Notes: generated by a model not told the origin, from the letters alone. DNA of 64,000 nucleotides from Eledone cirrhosa (GCA_964016885.1 OZ024753.1:41478001-41542000); one strand, 5' to 3'; numbered from the stretch's first letter, positions 30,856-46,868 are shown. A program made the numbers and translations.

Positions 30856-31090
30856 CAGATTTTATGAGCAAAACCAACAGGTAGGAGACCTAGGGGTAGA
30901 CCCCGAGCAAGATGGCTGGATAACATCCATGAGCTTGGCTGGTCACACTTGGGAATCCAGCCGGATCAGTTGCAGGTGGTTGCTTCTGACAGGACCTGCT
31001 GGGAGGAGTCTTTGAGGACTCTGCTCCCTACAACTGTCTCAAGAAGAAGAAGAAGAATGAGAAGGAGAAGGAGAAGGAGAAGAAGAAGGA
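30856..31090 (+). mobile_element. RTE-clade LINE 3' end
   Basis: KPTGRRPRGRPRARWLDNI...ASDRTCW followed by an (AAG)n tail. Confidence 0.75.
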
Positions 31091-31567
31091 AAGGGTTGGG
31101 ATGGTCTACAATAAACCAGCTAGAAGACAAAATATAGAAGTTTAACATGGGCAGAAAACTGAAACTTAGATTTTTCGGGAGCATGTGTAGAAAGTATTCT
31201 GTAATACAGCTCAGAGACTTGAACCATAACATGTTACCTTAGAAATATAAAGTAGATGGATTATATATTAAGCTGTCGAGAAGAATTTTAACATCAGCTG
31301 GAGAGATTATATAACCAACTAAAAGCTATAGGAAAAATAATTTGAAAATGCAATTCAAGTCTTTAAAAAGGTTTATTTACAATAAGTTATCGCTTTATCG
31401 GTTTCGAAAGTTTCATCATTTTCAAAGGTTAAGAGAGATGAAGAGAGGTGTTACTATGCCAACCTGTAATTCGCATCTAACTGATATCAGGAATTTCTTT
31501 TAGTTTTATGCCAAAATTGTGGCTCAGATTGCAATAAGTTTGACGTTGAATATATACATACATTTAT

Positions 31568-31698
<131 letters not shown>

Positions 31699-31996
31699 AA
31701 TGTATGTATATATTCAACGTCAAACTTATTGCAATATAAGAGAGTATTGAAGTTTGCTTGAAGCATTGTGGAACAATAACTAAATATCTATAAGTCGTTT
31801 GGAAGCCTCGACAATGCAAATGGGTAAATCTCCTGGTAACAAGGTCCGGTGGTGGAGAGAGAGAGATGTAAGTGGGTGTACGTTGAGATGCGTGGTGTGT
31901 ATAACATGTGTGAGATGTGTAGAATGAAGGGAAGAGTAAAAGGATAAAAATAATAACAACAACACAAGAGAGAGTTACCTTGGGAGAGATTTAATA

Positions 31997-32081
<85 letters not shown>

Positions 32082-32087
32082 ATATAT

Positions 32088-32260
32088 ATTCTATTCTATT
32101 CTAAGGCGGGTAAAATTCCCGAGATCCATGGACGAGTTCTCTCCAGCGGTCTCTGTCCCTCATTATCGCTGCCATGTCCTGCGTCTCCAACAGACCAGTG
32201 TCTGTCCTTAGGGCATCAACATACGTTAACCTTGGTCTTCCTCTTCTAGTGTGTCCATGT
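32088..32260 (-). mobile_element. RTE-clade LINE 3' end
   Basis: HGHTRRGRPRLTYVDALRTDTGL...MRDRDRWR, stop, then an (AATAG)n tail. Confidence 0.72.
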
Positions 32261-32344
32261 ATATATATATATTACCTACTCTACTACCCTAAGTATTGAG
32301 TACTCTGGTGCGTTATGGTCCATCTGGTATCTTACCACATCTTT

Positions 32345-32403
<59 letters not shown>

Positions 32404-32674
32404 TGCCTGCTTGTCTTAGAGTGTATGTGTATGTGTGAGTGTGTATGTGTTAGTGTGCGTGTGTGTTTGTGTGTGTGTATACCTGCTTGTATATATATAT
32501 ATATATAGTTAGAGAAGCCTGGACTGTGAACAACAATTATAATTGAGTGGCTGCTATTTGCAGTATAGCAATATAAGGTTGCACTTACCAATGAAACGGT
32601 CGTAAATACCTGGATAATATCCTTCTCTTAATGCTTACCTGTGTTTTCTCTTTTATATATATATATAAAAGAGA

Positions 32675-32733
<59 letters not shown>

Positions 32734-33089
32734 CCTGCCTATATATATATGCCTGCCTGCTTGCCTTAGAGCGTATGTGTATGTGTGAGTGTGTATGTGT
32801 TAGTGTGTGAGTGTGTTTTGTCATCATTTACGTTATTATCTAAAGTAAATTGAATATTTGTATTCCCATTCTTCCTGTTATTCATGAGAATTGCTGCTGC
32901 ACAGCAGATGTGGGGGGAGGGGGGGTTAACAGAAACAAGAAGTTGTTTAAAGATAATGGTTTTATCCTGAAATATAGAACCTAGAAGATATAAAGTTCAT
33001 TTGTGGTGGTAATAGAGATATAGGGAGGGGGGGTTAGAGAGGGGTAGAGGCTAGGGAGAGTGGAGTAAGAAAGAGAAGAGAGAAGATAG

Positions 33090-33134
<45 letters not shown>

Positions 33135-33682
33135 CAGTGAGAGAGGGGAGTGCTAGAGAGTGTGAGAGCGAGAGTGAAAAGAAGAGGGAGAGATAAGAGA
33201 GAGAGAAGACAGTAAGAGACAGAAGAGAGAGAGAAGATAGTGAGAGAGAGAAGCGAAAGGGAAGATAGAAGAGAGCTAGAGAGGGGTGGAGAGGGGTAGA
33301 GAGAGGGGGAGAGAGAGAGCTAGAGAAAGAGGGAGAGAGCTAGAGAGAGAGAGGGAGAGAGCTAGAGAGAGAAGTGAGTGAGAGAGAGAGCTAAAGAGAG
33401 AGAGGGATAGACAGAGCTAGAGAGCGAGAGATAGAGAGCTAGAGCGAGAGGGAGAGAGCTAGAGAGAGAAGTGAGTGACAAAAGAGAGACAAAATATGCG
33501 ATATAAGAGGTATATGAGATGTGAGATGTGGGATGTGGGATGTTAGATATGAGATATGTAATGTGTAGTGTGTGTGATTTGTGCTTGTGTGACATCTGTG
33601 TCAATAACATTTATGATGTCGGTGAAATGAACTGTACACATAAGAAAGAGTGGTGATAAATGTGAGATTGAGATATATTAAA

Positions 33683-33773
<91 letters not shown>

Positions 33774-35659
33774 AAGAGAGAGGGGCAGAAAGAGAGATCT
33801 CAACTTTATCTTTCATCTTTCCTGAATATATAAAATAAAATGTGAGTGAAATACTGCAGCGATATTATTGAACTCCCCGCTGGCCGTGTGCCTAAATTAG
33901 AGAGGATTATAAATGGAATTATTTTCAGTAGAGCATCAGACAAGATGCTTCACAGCCTAGAGCTTTGATCCATTACGTTCTCAGTTCAAATCCCACCGAG
34001 GTTAACTTTACTTTTCAACTTTACGTGGAGGTCGATAAAATAAAGTACCAACAACGCACCAGAATCGATTTAGTTGACTTTCCCCTCTCACAAAATTGCT
34101 GACCCTGTGCCTAAATCAATAACCATTATTTTCAAAATTTCCGAAGTAAAAAGAAACTTTGATTCCTGGTGGAAAGCTTTCCATTTTACTTAAGCCTTGT
34201 ATCTTCTGTAAGAAACATGAACATCGTATTTCTCTCTCCTTGTGTGTAGAATCTGCTTGCTCTTTGCAATATCGCAGGGTCCTTTAGTTCTCAGCTATAG
34301 AAAACAAAGCCCAACTTTACCCCAGAATCAATAGCAACTAATGAATTTACATACAAACTAACACAATTTCAGAGAGAAAAAAATACCTCGTAATTCATAT
34401 TCTATGGCGAAGATCCTTGAATAACTATTAAACCCCAAGAAGGTTGAACGCCATTTTTTAACCAACTGGTTTCATATTCCCATCATGAGTCCGTAACCTT
34501 GTTTACTTCCCTGTTGATCACGCATTTTAAGATACCAAAACCTCCCCCTCCACTCATTAAGATCAAACATTGGCGAATGAATCACGTGAGTGTGAAGGAC
34601 GAATTACCATCTTTTTACTACAAAGAGCAAAATTTATATTCTTTAAAATTCCTTTAAAATCTATAAATTTTATGAAGCTTGTAATAGCAGAAATTCTAAG
34701 AATATTATAAAATACAACGATCACATTTGCAGAAATAATTTACAGAAAGAAATTAAATTACTTAGAGGTGAATAAAATTCTATTTTATAGAGAAGGATAG
34801 ATCTTCCAAACCTGTGGAGACGGTGCAATCAGTAAATGTAACGCTATTAACTTTCTTGTAATAAAATTCAGATAACAAACCCGACCGTAACTTATATAGA
34901 ACCACGATGTCGGTGTGCATGTATGATAAGATAGGAATAAGAAATCTAGCTAGTGGATGTAGTAACCTTTGGCATTTACATACGAAGTGAAATCTATGAA
35001 AGAGATGTTCGAATAAATCTAAGCAGTAGCAAGATTAACTATTACAAGTAAGCATATCAAATATTTTAATTTAGATAGCCATCACATGTAATATTTAAAT
35101 TGACACCAAAACCTTACATCGAAAGTATATTTAAACGTGTTTGTGGTTAAGTAAGGGGAACACTCTTTTCATCTTACATTCCAAATTTAATATCTTTTTA
35201 TGAGTTTAATTTTAATATACATACATTTACATTATATGTAATCACTCGTGCGGCAGCGTGTATGTGTCGATGCTTGTTTGTGCAGGTGCGTGTTTGTGTT
35301 TGTGCATGTATGTGGGTGCATGTGTGAGGGTCTGCGTGTGTATAGGTGTATGTTTTGTGTGTGTGCGTGTGCGTGTGCGTGTGTGTGTGTGTGTAAAGTA
35401 AACAGGATCATATATTAGCCGAAGCAGGATTTCGTTTAATGGGCCTCTTGGTTGGTTGCACACATCAGCACATTTGGGAAGAAAATAATATTAGCTATTA
35501 AAACTACGTTTGCTAAGCTTTACAGTAATTGCTTTGTCATTGAATTTAGTCGTAGTTCATTACGCTTACGAAAGTCTGTTTTGAAGTTCATGAAAAGGAA
35601 TTGCAGTATATGGTGGTGGATGGAAATAAGTTCCTTTTCTTTAAGATCGTGTTACAGTG

Positions 35660-36125
35660 GTGAACAATATAAAAGTTCGCTGCAAGATTGGCGTTACATC
35701 ACTTCCATGTTTTCATAAATGCTGTGTTAGGGGTGCACGTGTCTGTGAAATGCTGGCGAATTGATGGATTGGCAGTATCGGTGGAGGGTCGAACACTATG
35801 CTTTCCAGCAGAGTTACGCCCCTTTATGGCCTGAGTTCAAATCCCGCCGAGGTTAACTTTGCCTTTCATCCTTACGGGATCGATAAAATAAAGTACCAGT
35901 AATGCACTGGGATAATTGCTGGCCTTGGGCCAAAAGTAGAAACAAATATAAAAGTTCTTTGTAAGATTGGAGTTACAGTACTTCGATGTTTTTCAGAAAA
36001 GTTTCGTTGGGGGTGCACGTGTCTGTGAAATGTTAGTGAATAATATGAAGATTCTCTGTAAGGTTGGCGTTACAGAACTTCCTCGTTTTTCATAAGTGTT
36101 GTGTTAGGGATGCACGTGTCTGTGG
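35660..36125. repeat. ~98-bp tandem repeat x3 with a SINE insertion (about 35765-35945)
   Basis: Recurring GATTGGCGTTACA...GGTGCACGTGTCTGTG. Confidence 0.75.
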
Positions 36126-37256
36126 GAAGCTCAGTAACATACATGCACGTTAATTTCATAAGCTGGAAGATTCTTTGATTCCATCAACGGGAACGCCTCA
36201 TCGTCGGAGCCAACGGAAATCCAACAACAATTGTACTTGAGTGTTGTAAGGAGTATCATCAAGTCTCCTCAAATATATGGAAGTCGGTCGACAAGCTCCC
36301 AGACCTCCTCAATCGCTTCCCGAGTGAGATCTGGTACCTTGTTGTCAGATCAGACCAAGGGAAGAAAGTTTTCATTGGTCTTTCCAACTGATGATGCTAT
36401 CTACCGGTTGCAACATCTGGCAGAAAAAAACAAGATGTCTTGTTCAAGGACAAAACACATTGCTCTGTCCGGGAATCAAACTCACAATCACACGATTATC
36501 TAACCAAAATGTTCTAACTATTGTGCCTTCAAATATATAACTACAGTAAATAAGAGGCACTCCAAGAATTACAAAAAAGAATGCTTGAAACGAAAAGAAG
36601 AAGGACACAAAATACTGCCAACAAAAAGAATGCGAAAACCCTGTACATGAAATATCGTCTTTTTAAATATATAACTATAGTAAATATCATATTAACCCAA
36701 TAATCTCAAGGTCAGCCATACTATATTATATAAGACAGTGGTTACCAGTGTATAGTTTATCAATCTATTTATAGGTGACCCCATTACTTCACAGTCCTTA
36801 TATCTATTTAGGACAAGGAAAAGCAAAAGAAGGAAGGGGTGTATTAAACTCAATGATGAAACAGAGATAAAGTAGGTCCCTTATTTTAGATTTAGGGTTT
36901 ATAGACATCTTTTTGAACTCTACTTCCACCAAACAGGAAGTGCCAGTAACCAGTGATAACATTTCTGGAATGTCTTTTATCAGTGGGGGAGATAGGAGAA
37001 CGAAGGGCACGACCGTCTACACACATAGAGCAACGTACACACACACAGTGTGTTTATACTTATATATAGAAACCAAACACACACACACACACGTATATAT
37101 ATATATATAAAGAGAGAAATAACATAAGTGTATATATACATATATGCACACATGTATATATATTTGCTCTTATATATAAGCAGGCATGAACCCGTAGGTG
37201 TGTGTGATTTTGCATACACATGTATACATACATAAATATTTCATATATACATACAC

Positions 37257-37352
<96 letters not shown>

Positions 37353-37393
37353 TTATTAAGGCCAGTTAATATATATATATATATATACATATA

Positions 37394-37492
<99 letters not shown>

Positions 37493-37501
37493 GTGTGTGT
37501 A

Positions 37502-37803
<302 letters not shown>

Positions 37804-39389
37804 GACCTTTTACCTAAATAGAAAAGTAAGCAAATGTGATATTTTCCGATAATGAATAAATATAAATCATACAAGAATTACCACCTATAGATTTCACTTT
37901 AATTATCTCCATCTCACATCTGTAAATAGTGTGTAGGGGGGGGGGGTCAATTAGAACTTAGTTTCATTTACCATATTTCTACTAAAAGACACACTTTACA
38001 ATTTTCAAATAATTTTAAAGATAATCAAATATTTGGTGGTAGTTTGTTAAATGAACTTCTCGTTATTAAATTATACCAAGGTGGTGGAATGGCAGTATGG
38101 GTACAGGGCCGGACTCCGTGCTTTGCAGCATAGAGTTACGGCCCTTTATGATCTGAGTTTAAATCCCGCCGAGGTTAAATTTGCCTTTCATCCTTACGGG
38201 GGTCGATAAAATAAAGTACCAGTCACGCACTGGGGTTGATTTAATCGACTTTCCCCGCCCCCAAAATTGCTGGTCTTGTGCCTATATAAGAAACCATTAT
38301 TAAAGTATTCCTACAGCTGAATGGCGGCGAATTGGCTGAGTCGTTAGAACATAGGATAGAGTGACTTATCAGGGCCGGTGGAACTGGAAGGGCCAGGGAA
38401 ACACAAAGCGCTCCTAGAAATCAATCTGATGGCCTTACAATCGTGAACCAAACACCGTATCCATTAGTCCCTGCACCTTCACAGTTCTAGCATTTAACAC
38501 TGAATTAAACTATGTTTAAATGATTTATCTTACTATATACATTTATGTTTATTTAAAGGTCTGCTTCGGAACATAAATACATTCGAATGATATATCAAAA
38601 TACGTAGGTTTGTGCCAAGATATATATTGAAGTATCTTTACAGATCGTCGGTTTTGTTTATTTAGATACCATCCTTCAACACATCCACCATTTTGCCGTC
38701 CACCATCTTGTCGTCCACCATCTTGCCATCCACCATCTTGCCGTCTTAACATCTTACCATCTTACCATCCGTCTGCATAACTCAGGGAGAAAAAAAAACA
38801 CACACACAACCCAACTAATTTACAAATATAAAACTTTCGTGTTCGGATAATTAACACCTGAAATAAAATATGTAGACTTATGAGATATAAAAATCATCAC
38901 TAGTCATCATTTCACACAAGTACAACTTGACGTGTGAAGACTTATTCAACTACTAACCCTCACATACAATTTAGACATTAAATGATTTATTGAGATTCGC
39001 ATATGTACGTGTAATTAAGCGGCAATGGATGAATCCGTTGATGTTATTTTCAAAAACAAAACTAAATGATATATTGAGCATCAGTCGTTTAATGAATCGC
39101 TATAGTAACTTAATGGTTATTGCAAGTCACGCCATGTTTTAAGGGAGTTTTAAAATATATCTCAAAGAGAAGGATAGGTTCCACCGGGCTGTATTTGCCA
39201 AAGATATGCTGCATAATGCAGCAGTATAGCACCCCCACGCCCCAGAGCGGTGAAGGGAAAAGTGAAGAGAAGTTATTTATATATATGTATATATATATAT
39301 ATATAACCGATATGTGCATATATATATGTGTGCATGTGTGTATATATATACATACTACTGTACGCCTGTATACATATATGTATGTACGT

Positions 39390-39428
<39 letters not shown>

Positions 39429-40758
39429 TTGAGTAAAATGACAGGAGGCTGGACTGGGGAAATTCCTTCAAAGATTCAACATAAATGAAGATGGATGAGT
39501 TCCATAACGTCGAGTGTTTTTCCTAATATTACATCACGGTTGACTATACGAAACGACCTCTTCTATCCTGTGGTAAACCAACAAACCTCAATATGTATAT
39601 GTATATATATATATATATATAAAACCTGCGATGCCGAGACTGGGGAGATCACAAATCAGGGGAGTGCTCTATGCCTGCGAAGAAGCAGAGTTGGGATAGA
39701 CGAAGATAAAAACCCGGCCGTGACACTAGCGATTTCGGTTCGTAATCGACCTTTACAAAGGTTTTTCAAAGGTCTACATCCTTGAAAACGTTTGCCGAAT
39801 ACAAAACAAAACTGCGTGGCGCCTTACGTTATACATATATATTTTAAACTAGTCTTGTAAAAGTCTACATAAGTTATTAAATATATATCATTTATTATAT
39901 CTAATTAATTAATTATATTATATCAACTTCTGTCGAAATTTATTATAATTTAAATGCTTAATTAATTTGTTCTTAAAATCGAATAATTACTAAGCGATTC
40001 TATGTTTCATTTACAAAATAAAACTGTAATTACTGCATTTTTTAATCGTAAACTGTAACAGGTCTTTATGAAAAGGGAATGGTGCAAGTGTAAGAGAGAG
40101 AAGTAGAGATGCAGGTTTAATATGGTGGTGACAACTTATAAACTAAACATTGAAAATGTCATAGTGATATATTTGATAATTAGTATCAGTTTCTAAATAA
40201 ATTGTAAAATTTTTTCGAGGCTAGTCAACTAGCATTTCTTTCCACCGTGTATTTCATAGAATATAATTTCATTTTATTCCACCGGTAGAGTTTCTAGTAA
40301 ACTTCTTTTAGCTTCAGGGCTTTATTATTTAGCTTCGAGATTAACTGAGCGTAATTTTTGTTCCAGATCTCCAAATGGGCCTTCTTTCACAGAATATGAT
40401 TCGACAGGAAAGCATTTGTTGAGGAATTCCATTTCAATACATGCGTTCCTTTGTGACTGATTACATATATAGAATATTTCAATGGCGTGGAGAGATATTC
40501 TAGTGTTTTGAGGCGAAAGTTAGTTACTATAGGAACAAATTCTATTGACTGAACAAAGTTCTATCCTGTTGACAGCTTGAAAAGACAGAACTTTCTTTAT
40601 ACAAGGAAAGACAGGCAACGTTAAATGTATATCTTGAGATAACTTAACCTGAAAACAATCAATGCAAACATACGTATGACGTATAACGTGTATGTATGTA
40701 TGTATGTATGTATGTATGTATAAAATACACAGACTTACAAACAGATGTGCATGCATGC

Positions 40759-40846
<88 letters not shown>

Positions 40847-41167
40847 TATATATGTATTTGTATTATATATATATATTTGTATTGTAGGTATGTACATATG
40901 TATGATTATGTTTGCACGTTTGCATGCTTTATGTATATATACATATATATATTCATATATTTCTACTTTTACCCTTTACCGGATCTTCTGAAAATTCCGT
41001 AATAGGGAGAAAGCAGAAATTCCTTGCTTAAACTTTAATCTGTACTAATGATAAATATTTGCTCAACGGGTTTATATATACTTTTTTATTTATATACAAT
41101 CCTTATCGAGACCTCTTCGGATTTTGGTCTTCGCATTTATTATTATTACTATATATGTATATATATG

Positions 41168-41265
<98 letters not shown>

Positions 41266-41271
41266 TATATA

Positions 41272-41333
<62 letters not shown>

Positions 41334-41443
41334 TATATATGAATATATATATATATATGAATATATATGAATATATATATGAATATATATGAATATATAT
41401 ATATATATGAATATATATGAATATATATATATATGAATATATA

Positions 41444-41481
<38 letters not shown>

Positions 41482-41511
41482 TATATATGAATATATATAT
41501 ATATATATATA

Positions 41512-41553
<42 letters not shown>

Positions 41554-41603
41554 TATATATATATATATATATATATGAATATATATATATATATATATAT
41601 ATA

Positions 41604-41659
<56 letters not shown>

Positions 41660-41817
41660 TATATATGAATATATATGAATATATATATATATATATATAT
41701 GAATATATATATATATGTATATATACATAAAGCATGTAAATGTGCAAACATAATCATACATATGTACATACCTACAATACAAACATATACACTAGTGTGT
41801 GTGTGTGAGTGTATATC

Positions 41818-41881
<64 letters not shown>

Positions 41882-41886
41882 GAGAG

Positions 41887-41962
<76 letters not shown>

Positions 41963-42547
41963 CCGTTTACCTTATTAGAAAGTTAAACAAATGTGATATT
42001 TCCGATAATTATAATGAATAATATATCATAGATTTACCTCCTATAGATTTTTCTTTAATTATCTCCATCTCACACCTGTAAATAGTAAATGGAGGTGAGA
42101 GAAGGTTGAATTAAATCGTCATGCAACCAGTTTTAATTTGAACTTATTTTCAGTAACATAATTATTTTAATCCTAACATCATTGCTTAAGTTACGGCTGG
42201 CTGTTTTATTTTCTATTAATATTTAGAATATTTAGAATGGAGATCTAATTTACATTTTTCAAATCTGTGACGTTCGAGACGTTTCTTGGAAGCTGAATAT
42301 CGCTGACAACAAAATTCTTGTCATTATTTTTTTATTTTTTATGGCTAGCCATAAACCTTTCTAATACTGATTCTTAGCTTAAGCATAAGGTCAGCAATTT
42401 TGGGAGAGGCGGAAGTTTAATTATACCTGTCCAACTATCTGACAGGTACTTTTGATTTGAACGGTATTTGTCGTTCCTATATTCTCTAAGAATTCTTGAG
42501 TAATATTTCAATTGCGGTATTTTTCTTTTTCTTTTTTCTCTCAATAG

Positions 42548-42644
42548 GCTGCTGAAATTTCAATGAGAAAGCAACGTATTTTGATTGAAAAGGCAAAAGA
42601 TGAATGCTTTATCGGTATGAATTCTGATCCCCCAAAATATACAA
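42548..42644 (+). CDS. Class B1 GPCR gene B, ECD N-terminal helix exon (AAEISMRKQRILIEKAKDECFIGMNSDPPKYT)
   Basis: Long polypyrimidine tract plus ag, gtaagt donor; phase 0 to 1; contains the first ECD Cys and resembles PTH-receptor EQIFLLxxAQxxC. Confidence 0.82.
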
Positions 42645-43115
42645 GTAAGTCGCTTCATCTTTACACTAATAATTGTTTCTACTTTTAGCACAAGGCCAGC
42701 AATTATCCCAGTGCGTGACTGGTACTTTATTTTATCGACCCCCATAAGGACGAAAGGCAAAGTTAACCTCGGCAGGATTTGAACTTAGATCATAAAGGGT
42801 CGTAACTCTATGCTGCAAAGCATGGCGTCCGACCCTCTACCGATACTGACCTCTTGTCAATCCACTGCCCTCTTTACACGAATAATAAATTATTAGATTT
42901 TATGTGGAATTTGTCTATTTGGTTCAGGGGTGGCGTATTTTCAGTCGTTAGAACGTCAGATAGAATGCTTCGCAGTATTCGTTTCTGCTTTCTTCTGAGT
43001 TCAAACTCTATCGAAGGTCAATTTTGCCTTTCCTCTATTCGAGGACGATAAAAAAGTACCAGTCAAGTACTGAGGTTGATTCTTCCTCTGTATCTCTTTC
43101 TTTACTTCCTTTCTC

Positions 43116-43152
<37 letters not shown>

Positions 43153-44358
43153 AAGAAATCTGCTGTATTCAAGTCTGTAAAGGAGATGGGCTCCGACAGG
43201 TTTTTAAATGCCCCTAGAAATGCAGTATGCCAATACAAAGCCACTGCGACTCCCACAGGAGTTTCGAGACCATACAGGCAAGCATGTAGATTTTACAGCT
43301 TTAATCCGTGTCTGACAACCTATGTACGAACAGACAGATCAGCCATTTGTTATTTTTGGTGTCGTTGCTGCTAGGGTAATAAAATTCCTTCCGATTTCGA
43401 GAATTTTACCACAAATTTATTCTGTTTCTTAGGTAACAGACATCAGTATATTTTATCTAATGCCTGTTATCTGTATTAACCTATTTCTGATAGCATGTTA
43501 TCTGTCCTCCATGCTATTTTATCCATGTGATTCTTTTTTTAGATTGTATATGTCTCGCTTTCCAGCCCCTACATTTGGTGTCTCACTGTTTTAAGTTATA
43601 ATTACATGTATATACTCTGTGACCTTCATCTCTTTAAAGCCGCCTTGAAAACTGCTAGTTTTTACAAGGTGGGACATTATTCCAACAACGTATTCTACCC
43701 TTACATCTGTATCTATCTGTCTCTTGTGATCTAGCGATGAGACTTAATAGAATCTCGTTAGAGAACAGATACACTGTCTTGAACTATTTAGGTACGTCTC
43801 TGTACATTAAATCCTGACTTTCAATTCAGCACCAGTTCACTTTCAGCTTCATTCTTCTTAAGTCTAAAGTCAGTTTCAAGCCTGAATGCTCATCAGGCCA
43901 GTTCAAGCCTCTCCACCCACTGGATAGGAGCTCAGTCCATCGCAGGATTAACTCCCCCCCCCCCCCCTCCTCCCCCAGTTATTACTGGTATTCATTTTCA
44001 GCAGAGTATACTGAAGCAACGTAAAATGAAGTGTATTGCTCAAGTGTATTAACAAACTCGTTAGGGCCCCAGACAAAATGCTTTGCTACAGTTACTTACG
44101 GCCATTTTTACATTCTGTACTCAAACCCCACCAAGGTGAATAAAATTATATTAACAATAAGAAGAAGGGTTTGTTAATTCAAATGTTTATAATATCTTTA
44201 CTACAGATTTTTGTGAAAATGTTCAGTAAACTGAGCTGATGCAGTCACAGTACTGTTTTGCATATTTTAAAAGCCTTTGCTAATGCGGTTTCATGTGATA
44301 GAGGACGTTATGAGCCAAATACATTTAACGATAAAATCATCATTTCATCTTTTTAAAG

Positions 44359-44472
44359 GTGGTCTCTGGTGCAATCGGACATGGGATGGCGTGGCGTGTT
44401 GGTCAGATTCCCAGGCTTCAAATACTGCCACACAGATTTGCCCTTCATATATTATAGGATTTAACAAATTCG
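44359..44472 (+). CDS. Class B1 GPCR gene B, ECD exon (GLWCNRTWDGVACWSDSQASNTATQICPSYIIGFNKF)
   Basis: Hormone-receptor domain motif CxxxWDGxxCW...CP; aag/gtaggt boundaries; phase 1 to 1. Confidence 0.95.
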
Positions 44473-44733
44473 GTAGGTCTATGTATTGCTTTTATCTTTT
44501 ATTATCTATTATATCATGATAAATTCTTTTATTCTTTTACTGCTAACAGCCTTGTGACTGCGGCCGTGCTGGAGCACTGCATTAATGTAGTCGATCATAT
44601 CGCCCCTAGTACTTTTCTTCAAGTCCAGTACTTATTTTGTCAACCAAACTTTAGTCGAAATTACGGGAACACAGACGCGGGCATACCTACACACATATAC
44701 GCATGCATGCACACACACACACACACACACACG

Positions 44734-44820
<87 letters not shown>

Positions 44821-45224
44821 ATGTGGGTGCATATGTAACTGACCTCTGGAGCGTTTCGGTTTTCATAATACTGTGTTTCGTACGGGGAGGGACCACAATG
44901 GGCAACAGTATTCAAGGTGGGGCTGGGAAAATATAGAGTAAAGAAAGATGATGATGTGAATATCTGTGGACTGGAAAGTTCTAAAAATCCAGGAACACAT
45001 CCTGTGGACCATCTCAACTTCCTTGTTTATATGCGAAAGGATTAAAAATGCCTCGGGATTTGTTCCGGCTTAGCACACTTTCAGTTCAAATCCCGTCGAG
45101 GTCAACTTTACTGGTCATCCTTTTGTAAAAGACAGAGGATGGTAATTTAATTTGAAATTTATTATTTAAATTTACACCCTTTTGTTGTATTTTTAATTTT
45201 TGTCATTATTTTTCTTTTTTACAG

Positions 45225-45328
45225 AATATGCGTCTCGAAAGTGCACGGAAACGGGCGAATGGTTCCGAAGCTCGAAAACCAACAAGAGTTGGACGGATTA
45301 CACTCGTTGTATAACTCCAGTTGATACA
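45225..45328 (+). CDS. Class B1 GPCR gene B, ECD exon (EYASRKCTETGEWFRSSKTNKSWTDYTRCITPVDT)
   Basis: RxCxxxGxW...WTDYxxC motif; acag/gtgagt boundaries; phase 1 to 0. Confidence 0.95.
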
Positions 45329-46044
45329 GTGAGTTTTCTTTTAATAATGGGTATTGATGTTAGGACACGTGGTATAATGGTTAGGGTGTTGAAATTAAAG
45401 GTCATAAAGTTGTGGGTTAGATCCCTGGACCGAGTAGTATGTTGTGTTTTTCAACAGGACGCTACTTTTAATGCTGCTCTTCGCGACAGGACTCGGGTCC
45501 CTGTCTTTAAAGGACTCAAGAAACCTCCTAACAACACAATAAGGCCAATTCTCCTATAATAAAAATACATAAAAAAAAAACCTTCTGTCAGATTCAACCT
45601 TGTTAGAGGCCGGTTAAACCTACAAAGGAGTGAGCTGTAACAACATAATATGACTGGGACCCTTATCATAAGCTGGTTATGAAGGAGTGATGCTAGAGTT
45701 ATGAAATCTTGCATGCATTGATTTCAACTCTTCTTATCAATAACTGCATAGTTTCTTTCCTGGGACTATGTTGAAAAATAAACAACATTTGGTCATTCCA
45801 TGAGAGTATCATGGTAGTGTTACGTTGCCACAGCATGTTGAACACCACGTGTAACATCTTGTAGGAACTACTAAGTCTTCTTGAGCGGTTGATACTGAGT
45901 GTCCAGGGTTCTGAACCATATAATAAATTGGTTTTGGCCGTATATTTGAAGACATTTCACTTCGTAGATCTTTGGAAGGGGACTTTCTAGACTTTTTATA
46001 GTGAATTTATGACACTCCAAGCTTGACCAATTCTGGTGGTCATT

Positions 46045-46868
46045 TGGATTGGCAGTATCGGTAGAGGGTCGGACGCCATGTTTTGCATCATAGAGTTACG
46101 GCCCTTTACGATCTGAGTTCAAATCCCTTCGAGGTTAACTTTGCCTTTCATTCTCACGGGGGTCGATATAATAAAGTACCAGTAATGTACTGGGGTAATC
46201 GCTGGCCTTGTGCCAAAAGTAGAAACAATTATATACACAGTGGTTAGCAGTATGAGTAGATGGTCGGACGCCATGCTTTGCAGCATAGAGTTACGGCCCT
46301 TTATGATCTAAGTTCAAATCCCGCCGGGGTTAACTTTGCCTTTCATCCTCATGGGGTCGATAAAATAAAGTACCAGGCACGCACTGGGGTCGATTTAATG
46401 GACTTTCCCCTCCCCCAAAATTTCTGGCCTTGTGCCTGTATAAGAAACCATTCTGAGTTCAAATCCCGCCGAGGTTAACTTTGCCTTTCATCCTTACGGG
46501 GTCGATAAAATAAAGTACCAGTAATGTACTGGGTAGTTGCTGGCCTTGTGCCTAAAGTAGAAACAATTATTAAACTATACCTACAGTCGTTAGAACATAG
46601 GATAGGGGGCCTTGTCAGGGGGCGGTGAACTGGGGAAGGGCCAGAGGGATACAAGGTGCCTATATAAGAAACCATTATATACACAATGGATTGGTATTAC
46701 CGGTAGAGGGTCGGACGCCATGTTTGCAGCATAGAGTTACGGCCCTTTATGGTCTGTGCTCAAATCCCGCCGAGGTTAACTTTGCCTTTCATCCTTACGG
46801 GGTCGATAAAATAAAGTACCAGTGATACACTGGAGTAATTGCTGGCCTTGAGCCAAAAATAGAAACAT
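46045..46868 (+). mobile_element. Head-to-tail cluster of about 4 copies of the dominant tRNA-derived SINE (more than 20 copies across the window)
   Basis: Repeated GAGTTCAAATCCCGCCGAGGTTAACTTTGCCTTTCATCCTTACGGGGTCGATAAAATAAAGTACCAG; the central domain looks MetaSINE-like (from recall, unverified). Confidence 0.85.

Noticed and set aside
36388-36426. CTGATGA TGCTA...TGGCA GAAA
   Set aside because: Stem II forms, but no stem III, cleavage triplet or stem I partner follows; at best a truncated remnant.
43860-43900. Minus-strand CTGATGA...GAAA
   Set aside because: Stems I, II and III cannot be formed; probably chance.
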